The translations under genes were made by a program, and so were the position numbers. From Raillietiella orientalis (Eukaryota): a DNA stretch of 46,727 nucleotides. Shown here piece after piece: positions 35,580-44,178 of the stretch (its first letter is position 1; each line of letters starts with the position of its first letter). The notes under the pieces are model-generated. The model was not told the DNA's origin. It did not search any database and worked only from the letters and a program-made list of their open reading frames with translations. The stretch is taken from NCBI GenBank assembly GCA_036172245.1, contig JAYWIR010000108.1:124001-170727 (forward strand). The letters are read 5' to 3'.

Positions 35580-38280
35580 TTCCGAACACCTGTCGCTTTC
35601 GTGTTTCCACAGCACTCACCGAAAAGAAAGTCTGAAACAGAATTGTAGAGAGAGGAAAGGTAATGAAAGAAATAGAGAACCCTAAAATGGTGGTGCTTGA
35701 ATGCGTAAGGAAAGTTCCCGGTGAGCATAGTTAGAAGAAAGCTTTTCCTGGTGGAGAAGAAAGGGCAAAAAGCATGATCGCCCACACGATTTAACACTTC
35801 CATGGCAGACCTCAGGATGAAGTGGGGTGGAGCGAGGGAATCACAGAGACCCCTCCCAAACGTCAACGGAAGGCGACGTATTCCTCACACCCAAACTACC
35901 GCATCCTAGGCGTCTCTGGGCGCCACCACCGAGTGCAGTCTTCCTAAGTGTATCATTATCTGTGTATTTGATAAGGCACCGCACTCATGAGAGTAAAAAA
36001 TTCAAAAGCGCGAAGCTGCTGACGATCGTGGCTCTCTCACTGCAGTTGTGCATCGAGCACTTTTCCCGCACGAAAGAAACTCTACGACTGCGGGAAAGTC
36101 GGCGGAGCCACAAAAATTTCTGGCACAACGGAACACTCAGAGCGTGTGCAGCAGCAGCAGCCCTTCATCCAATTCGGCTTTCTCTGGAATCCTGGTCTTT
36201 CTGCATCACAGATGTTACGGTGTGTTGCATGGCATGGTCCATTGCGGGATCACGTGGCCGAGTCGTGCCGCGTAACGGAAAGCACCCGAAGCTATCCAAA
36301 GTATGTACGGGCATCACCAGATTAGCCAACGAGGTTTCAATCTGAATCGGTCTTGGAAATATCTCCTCCAGGAACAGCGGTGAAATTCCAAGCGTCAGGC
36401 AGCTGACACTGAAAGCAAACCACCAACAGAATTGTGCGCCTCACGATACTGCTGCAGATCTGCCTCCACTTGTCGTCAAGTTTTTGTTTATGCTGTTCCT
36501 CGGGATCGTTTTCGCGAAAGCAGTTATATTACTTCCAGGAAACGACGTCTTCTTTCTTCCCTCGATGCTTTGCTGGTACGAGCAATGAGCATGAGCTCAG
36601 AATGAGAATGTATACGGAGCACCTTTTTTTTCTTTAATCACTGAACAGGGCCGCATCGACCTTCTATTGGTGCTCATGTGCAAGTCGGGGCATTTTTGGG
36701 TCGCAGTAGATGAAAAAAAATTCCAGCCTATCCTTGCCGGGATCGGAATAGTATAGGTCATTGGAAACTTTGCCGCTGGGGAGAACTCCCAAATCAGATG
36801 ATGATTCTGCATCGTGTTTTGCATGAGGATGCTCAGTCCAGCGTCCTGTCAACGCGGCTGCCAAACCTTGTTTCCTTTTGGTGACATCCTGGAGAAATGC
36901 GTACTGCTTGTTTTCCGACTCTTCGCCGCACACACTCTTGTAGGAATTTCTAGCCTTCCGAGATCGCCAGTTGTTTCGAGGAATCTTTGCCATGTGCCCG
37001 CGACTGTGATTCTCATAGAAGAGTTTAGCTCTAAGGAAACTAGGAGTCGATCCTGAGGAGCAGTTGGCACAAGGATCCAATCTGCTCGATAAGAAAGCGA
37101 TTTTGAGCTCTTTGCTGCCGTGCAAGTTTTAGTGAACGCGGAATCGTCATCTCGCACCGTCGAGTTATTGCACAAGAAATGCCCATTCAGCTGTCGGGAT
37201 TCGCCATCATTACCGTGATAGGGAACTTTTTCCTCTCCTTTGTGCGTTCTTGAACGACGAACTTCTTAATGCTATCGTTTTCTTCTGCCAGATCTCTCCT
37301 TTCTGTTTCGATCTCGATCGCTGTTTCTCTACTCTTGCAGATTTCTTCGTGTTTCTTCAGTTCCGATTTGTTCCTTCAAAAGCGAATGTGCCCTGATCTC
37401 GGGAGGAAGCCAGCGGCGTTCTTTCCTAGAATCTCTATGGGAACATTCGAAACTGTCGTTCGTTTTTAGAGCTAAGAATAAGCTAGAATAAGCTAGAATG
37501 CGAGCTAGAATTGGCAATTTGTAAGAGATCTTCTGCTTCTTGGCCAACGGCATGCTGCTTGCGCTGGAAAGCCGCAGCATGGGGAGTGCAGTTGACAGCT
37601 AATGGACTGAGAACTGGTCCATGAAGGAAGTTTGGCGTATGTTGTTTCTCAACTATCACGCGATGCAACTCGTGCTTGCGGTTAAATCTATCATGTCACT
37701 GACTTTATGGAAAACGCCGTCTCATTCAGTGAAGCCTTCACTTCACAGCTTCTGCAGTTCAACAGCGATCGCACCACAAAAAGCGTAATCCCGTAATTCC
37801 AGCAAAACACGCTGAAAAGTTGACGGCCTTCCTGGAAGCTCCGAGAACTCCCACTCTCTGCATGTTTTCCCTACCTGCTGACGAAATGCCGCACATCTGT
37901 GTTGGATAACGGACGACGCAACTGGAAAGGACGCACCTTTTTGTCGATATAGATTTTGCGTTCTTGCATCAAATCTGGCTGGAGGCGAGTATTCCGAATA
38001 GCAAACTGGACTCGTTTGGGACGTTCGTTTTGGAAGCGTTGCGACAGTCTGATAGTATGTATCTGTTCGAGGAATACCTCACTCGTGCACCTCTTAGCTG
38101 ACGAGCAACATTGGATCAACGCAGCCTCAAGGAGCAAAAAAACGCCTGCGACCTCGCATTGCTTTTTGTGGCCTTTCAACTTCCTTTGTTCCTGTGGACA
38201 TGTAGTTTTCGATATCAAGCTGCGAGGTCCTTTTTCTACGACACGCAGATCATTCGTTTTGCGTCACTTGATATGTAGGT
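35580..38280 (-). mobile_element. Mirror copy of the ancient decayed non-LTR retrotransposon in the right arm
   Basis: Same motifs as the left copy. This copy reads RGLCDSLAPPHFILRSAMEVLNR (ORF 35486-35866), closer to the RT consensus RGLRQGDxLSPxLFILAMEVL. Confidence 0.6.
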
Positions 38281-39741
38281 ATTTCTTGTTAGTAGCTACT
38301 GTGGAAACAGCATATGTTGAAATAAATCTCCCTTGGCTGCATGAGTTTCTTTGCCGTTTTGCCGGGCGGAGCGGGAGGCTGCAGTGATCTGTGCCTTCTC
38401 ACGGCGTTTTGCCGATAATCGTAAACGAATCTTTGTAGCGCAGATTCGTGGAGACTTCGCTCGTCTGATTTGCAGCTAAGGTTCCTGCAGCTGGCAATCC
38501 TTTAGGAATGCATCACCGATACCACGATGCGAGGCAATCCAGAACCATGTGTCTTCGACACATTTGACTCCTGTCGTTCCAAGTGTTGACCATGGCTGGT
38601 ATTGGTTGGAAATGTGCGTAATTCGGTATAAATGCTGCAGAAAATCCGCGCCTCTGCTGAATGCAGCGCTCAAGAAACCACTCGTCCTGTGCGAAGTTAT
38701 GGAAGGCAGCAGCATGCTGTGGCGCATCTTGTTAACCATCGTAAGCAGCATTAGTAGAAAGAGCTATTGCATCTCTGGTCGGACCGCTTTTCCTCTTCTT
38801 GCGTGCAACTTCTTTTATCCGGCGTCGCGTAGTCGACTTTCATCGCGCAACTAAGAGAAACGCTACGCTTCTTTGGCCCTCCGTTAGTTCGCATGCCGAC
38901 TGCGGAAGAATGTGGTCTGTTTTCTCCAGGGACTCGCGCGTTGCTACCGTCGAAACGGAAGTTCGTCTCCACTTCCGTTGATCGCGCCGCAGAACAGAAT
39001 TTTTTCAATTTGTGCCGAGTTTCTCGATAGACTTGGGCTCCGTGGTACGCTCTGAAGAAGTGATTGCTGCTTTGAGAGTCTGGAACTTTACATGGCGTAT
39101 GTGCTGCTGTTACGTCTTCTCCGAATTTCAGACATGGTTGACTTACTCTTTCGGGAATCTTCCTTGGTGTGCAGTGTTTCTTTTCTCACCATGTGCGCTT
39201 TTACGGCAGCCAACCCTGCTGGTTACCGATGGGTTCTGGAGATGACCGGAATAAATTTGGATGCGGAGTCGCGGATCGGGTGAACGTTTGCTGCGACCTT
39301 CAGAGAGTCACGTGCGCGCTTGGCATGCGTCCATCCATCGAAGAGCACTTGCGTGCGGATTCTGAGTCTGCCTACTTGTAAAGTAATAGTTTTGTCCTCC
39401 CTTTCCAAGTTTTCGCGCATTCTTTGTCACATTGCTTTTGTCTGTTGTTTCGTTTTCAAATGCAGGCTTCCGTGTATTTTTTCTTCGTGGTTGCTTTCTA
39501 ATTCCGTCGTCATCCTCTTTATGTTTTTGGCTTTCTCATGTCAGATGTGATTTTCAACGTAATGCCCTTTGGACGTTACCACTTGTATGGAGGACGCTCA
39601 ACCGAAAAGTCACGTATTTCTTTGTGGAGTCGTGTGGCTTGTGGAAGTGCTCTTCACCAAGTTGCGTCCACTACTCGCCGTGATATCAAGCATTGCAATC
39701 ATCTAGAATGCCCTCGTTTCACGTTCCTCAAACTGCTTGCT
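35587..39741. repeat. Right arm of the ~4.15 kb inverted repeat
   Basis: Reverse complement of 29936-34093. Near-identical in the core, more diverged towards the inner end. Confidence 0.98.
38627..38633 (+). promoter_or_regulatory. TATA box of gene B (TATAAAT)
   Basis: GGTATAAATG about 70 nt upstream of the ATG at 38699. ATTGG (reverse CCAAT) at 38601-38605. Confidence 0.6.
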
Positions 39742-40799
39742 TATTGCTGCTAAATCTTTTTCTCCGCATTTGACGTTTCGCATACTTTACCAAAATCACT
39801 CACTGTTTGTTTTTCGTAGGTGATTCCTGGATTTTTATGCTTCAAGGAAAGTGGTTCCGATTCTTCTGACATAGAAAAGTTTACTGCTGCTCAGGATAGG
39901 GCTCTCTCAGAAGTAGTGGGCTTCGAAGATCAACGCGGACCTTGTGTTTCTTTTTTTACCAACCGTGCAGGAGCATGCGAGATAGCTCTGACTAATTCAC
40001 GTTCCACGTTGGGTCGTGGTGTTTGCTCGGTGTCTTTATTTGTAAGCTGATTTCTCATACGCACTGATCTTATTAGCATTTCAGTCATTGAATCCCCTAA
40101 CTAGTGTGGAATTTAGTTTCTTTTTAACGGAATTCAGTGGAAGCTGTTATCTGACGGTAGGAGGTTTAACTTGGAGGTATGTGTTACTTGTGCTGACTCC
40201 ATGTTTGTATATTGGCACTAGTTGAGAAAGTTTGAGTGTTGATTTTCGTTTGTTTTTCTGTAGTTTTTAGCTCTCCTCAAAAAGATTTTCGAGTGTCTGT
40301 ATATTCCAAGCCGGTTTCTGTGTCCTTTGGTATTCGTGGACGTACTCTTTTTTTCGTATCTTTCTATAATCGTAGTATAACTTAGCGTAATATTAGTGTA
40401 ACTTCGTACATTTTTGTATAACCTCACTTTGACCTAATTTGTTAACGTTTGTACACCTTATAATGTTTCTTTTTAAAGTTTTCGGTATTTTTGTAATCTG
40501 TTTGCGGATTTCCGGATTTTCAGTTGTTCTTGATATCGAAAACGCGCAGTTTTGAATGAACGTGCTTATGAACTATTGATTGATTTGTCTATTGGTTTTA
40601 ATGTATTCTCTAATTTCGTGTTTATCCTTGAATATACTTAAGGTTAGAGCCTGGATTCCATTATGGAGTTGCTCCTAGCAAGTTAAAGTGTAGTTGGTCC
40701 ACTCTTAGAGGAAGCCGTTTCACAGTTACAATCAGATCTCCACCTATAATTGCTCGGAAGGTCTTCAACGTTACCTCTGAAGATTCTTCTGTAGAATGA
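38699..40799 (+). CDS. Spliced gene B: small Cys-containing putative secreted protein, 170 aa (paralog of gene A)
   Basis: Exon 1 38699-38740 (MEGSSMLWRILLTI, donor GTAAGC); intron 1079 nt ending TTTTCGTAG. Exon 2 39820-40041 (VIPGFLCFKESGS...GPCVSFFTN...CEIALTN...VCSVSLF, donor GTAAGC); 43-nt intron ending TTTCAG. Exon 3 40085-40176 (SLNPLTSVEFSFFLTEFSGSCYLTVGGLTW, donor GTATGT, phase 2); 466-nt intron ending TAAG. Exon 4 40643-40799 (LEPGFHYGVAPSKLKCSWSTLRGSRFTVTIR...SSVE*). Exons 2 and 3 have exactly the same lengths as in gene A (222 and 92 nt). Confidence 0.8.
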
Positions 40800-40808
40800 G
40801 CTTTTAAG

Positions 40809-40814
40809 AATAAA
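40809..40814 (+). terminator. Polyadenylation signal of gene B
   Basis: AATAAA 9 nt after the TGA stop at 40799. Confidence 0.6.
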
Positions 40815-41379
40815 AACGTTCTGACCATTACTTTGAATGTTTTTGAATGGTAGTTATTTACAGCTGGAAAAAGATACAATAGGAATTCTCACTTCGTGAC
40901 TCGATCATTAAGAGACGAGGTCGAATATAAGGATGAAATGCTCGCATTATTCTTTCTACGCATATTGAAATTTTCTTCTTGAAAACACATGTTGCAGAAA
41001 GAATCTCCTGAGCCCTATCTTGCGTAACAGAACTTCGTTCGAAACACATAAAATAGCAGCTGGATCCGGCAATCATTTATTTCTCCAAGCAACGAGTCTC
41101 GTCTACTCACTATGCTGCAGTTTACCGTTGACCTTTCTGCAAACCCTGTCGCTTGCCATCATCACGATATCCAGGGTTTTCAAAGAAAAATCAGTGTTAC
41201 TTCTAGGGCTTTGTAATTGCTTTTCCCGATTTTCCACGATAGATAATGACAATATCGTCACGTTGGCTACGTGTAAAATGTCCCGCATGGAAATCATACG
41301 TCCTCCTTCATGTGCAGACATATTGTTAAAACAAAGCAGTGTACTTGGTCAGCAATAGGTACATTGCTACATTCTGCTA

Positions 41380-42030
41380 CTCCGAAATGATGTTCGGCGA
41401 TTGGCGCGCGTGCAGGGCAAGCTTCCACCTGCCAAAACAAAAAGAGACAAGCGAAACGCCAGTCTCGCGTTAGGCATTCGGAGTCCGAGTGGGGTCCGAT
41501 TGCAAAGAAACAGAGCGCGCATTCCTGAGTAACGCGGAAGTGCGCCGGTGTAAAATGCGCAAGCACGAGCCTGTTGCCAGAGACGCTTCCGGCCCATGCT
41601 TGGAGCCCGAGATGATGATTCACGGCTCCCAGGACTCAGCTGGGTGCGATGTGGCTTTGAACACAAGCGATTCCGTTTCCCAATCCTCTGTGCTCCTGCT
41701 GAGTTCTCGCCGGACGGGGCAAATAGTACGCTGTCATATCCGCAGCAGTAATGCGTGAACTCGAGTCCCCTCGTCGTGTCAGTGTGACCTGTTGGAACGT
41801 CAAGGGTCTGCGCAACGCTGACAAAAAGCGGACGGTAGCCAACGCCTTGCGCGCTTTTGATCTGGTGCTGCTCCAAGAGATACATACCATCTCCGAACGG
41901 CAGGCATCGGATGTGGAAAAGCGCGCGCGTGACGCTACACTGGCGGCAAGGCTCCGCGCATACGTGCGGAGTCGCGTTTCTCTTCCGGAATGGCTACCTT
42001 CCAAGATCCCTAAGGTGGTACCGAAACGTT
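41380..42030 (+). mobile_element. LINE fragment: ORF1 tail + endonuclease N-terminus; close relative of 1311-4389
   Basis: RRVSVTCWNVKGLRNADKKRTVANALRAFDLVLLQEIH (41751-). The upstream DNA matches the reverse complement of ~2390-2720. Confidence 0.9.
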
Positions 42031-42289
42031 CCCACAGGAACCGGAGGGCAACACAGTAACTAAAATGTGCGGGAGGGATTCTCGATCCTCACATTCAGTA
42101 CACTTAGGATTCACATTTCCTCGTGTCCTCGAAGGGAGTGGAAGTGGTTTGGCATCGCTCAACGGTCCATATAGTGTTTAGGGTTTGGAAAGTTTGTCTG
42201 GCGTGTGAGAGCGCTGGTGTCCGATGGCAGAAACGCCTAAGGACATTGCGATGGAAACTGAGAAAGGAAAGGCAGCTTGCGCTCTTCCA

Positions 42290-44170
42290 GCCATGAAAGT
42301 AAGAGCATCCGCCCATACGGAATACGGAGCACTTGCCCCGTCGGAAACGGGGACAACCGCTTCTTCTCGATCCTCTTTGCCTTTGATGTTCTAGCAACGA
42401 CGACACTCCAACACCTCGCCGCTGGCAAAGAGGGTCGAGAAGGAGTGTCGTCGTTGCTAGAACATCCGGGCTGCAGCTGCAGGACAGACTGCCTACAAGG
42501 ACAGCGGCTACAAACCTTCGCTAATCAATAAGGTGGGCAATGTATTTGAAGAGAAAATTGCACGTTCCTTTGAGATGGAGCTGCAAAGACTGAATGTAAG
42601 GGAGAAAGACCTTGCGGGCCTCTTCCTCCTTAGTGGGGGGCAGCGAGTTGAGCTGACTTGCAGAGAGGAAAGTCTGTCGCAGCGCCTACTCGACACCCCA
42701 ATTACGGTTGACGGCCGCAGGATCTTCCCTATGGAGGAGGACCGCTCCGTAGTGGTCCACCTCACGGGCGTATCACTCCGAATAGACAAAACCAGCGTCC
42801 ATAAGGAGTTGTCAAAACATAGTAGAGTGCACGCGTATTGGGCCAAACCCAATGCCTTCCGAACGTACGGAAGACTATTCAGTGGCATGGACGCCGCCCG
42901 CGTCACATTACGATAGAATGGTGGGCTTACCCACAAGCTAAACCTCGGCGAAGAGAAAGTCGATGTTTGGTACGTTGGAAAAATCAACTATTGTGGTCAT
43001 TGCGATGCCACAAGACACTTAAAAATACGATGCCCTAACATCCAATGCCACTTATGTGGAAATAAGGGCCATATTCGAAAGGTGTGCCCAACAAGAGAAA
43101 TCCTGGTCCAACCCCCTGCGAAAAAGGCAAAGTGAAAGCGGTGAGGAGAGATGAATAACAGAGAACAGGCTGTTAAAAGCCAGATTCCAGTTCCTGAACC
43201 CTTCCAGCAAACATTGGTTGAGAGCACTCTGACGATGCTGCCGACGGCGGAGGCTGGCAGACTGTGCAGCCAAGAAGAAAGCCCGGGACTTTCGAAAGAA
43301 ACCATGGGAAAACAAAATCGCAGAACAAAAAATTGTTTTGCGTGAATCTTCGCAAATGTTCGGTGGAAAAACAGCGTGTAAAGGCACTCGATGCCGACAC
43401 CGAGGGAGCAATTTTCCCCTCGCGTCTGCCGGAGCAGCGACGGTCGATGGTGAACCATCTGAGGAAAGAGAGAGGAAACCGCGTGCTGCGCTCAATGCCA
43501 TCGAGGAGGACGCCTTCGAGTAGGCGGTGCAAAAACTCGCGGCTGAACTGCAAGGCCGGGAGAAAAACTCGTGGAATGTCTTACGAAGGCCGGCCGCAAG
43601 GAAGGCTCCGGAGGCAAGTGATGCCGTTCCGGATGGCGGAAGTGCGTCCTCCTAAGCGCAAGCGCTAGCAGAAAAGACGGGACGCAAGTCTCAGATTCCC
43701 AGAAAGTGCATCCGAACAAAGAAGTAGGGAAATGAACCGGAACCGAAGAGGGAAGCCGGCAGCGTGGGAGGCGAGGGCGGGAATCTCTCATTCCCCGACA
43801 CCGTGCAGCTGACGACCCTTATAGAGGAAGAAGTGCAGGTGGATATAACCCCTCCTTCCTTTGCACGGTCCTGACGACGATTCGGCTCCCATATGGAAGG
43901 GAGAAGCGGTGCGTGACGCAGCCCCTTCACCTAGAGTTCCGCCCCAAAGTTGGCGGACGCGTCAGAGCCAATTTCCCAGGAATAACTCCTGGACTTGCCT
44001 GTCTTTGTCGAATCCGCGTGGCCAGCTGGAACGTCAACGGGCTGCGCGACGACGGCAACAGACGAGATACGGCCTACACACTGCGTGATTTCGACCTGGC
44101 CCTGCTGTGGGAGATATACGTGATCACCGCGGCAGATGTCCTGGAGATCAAGACTATCGCAGGGGTCGGC
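42290..44170 (+). mobile_element. LINE 5' part: ORF1 + start of endonuclease, decayed
   Basis: ORF 42533-42916 is homologous to 25454-26602. Read-through gives CGHCDATRHLKIRC and CHLCGNKGHIRKVC. RIRVASWNVNGL at ~44010. The 5' boundary is uncertain. Confidence 0.88.
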
Positions 44171-44178
44171 TGTGTATC

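Noticed and set aside
39538..39558. Alternative exon 1 MSDVIFN|GTAATG in the arms
   Set aside because: In phase, but it has a weaker donor, no nearby TATA box and a less convincing signal peptide than 38699-38740.
29936..39741. Inverted repeat as an assembly or fold-back artefact
   Set aside because: The arms differ by substitutions, an indel and a graded divergence, and they lead into two different but homologous genes. A chimeric read would give identical arms. Long-read confirmation is still desirable.
29936..39741. Terminal inverted repeats of a DNA transposon, foldback element or Polinton
   Set aside because: No transposase, integrase or polymerase is visible in the spacer, no target-site duplication is seen, and the outer ends fray inside homologous introns.
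40858..41358. Short ORFs downstream of gene B
   Set aside because: No recognisable motif or consistent splice structure.
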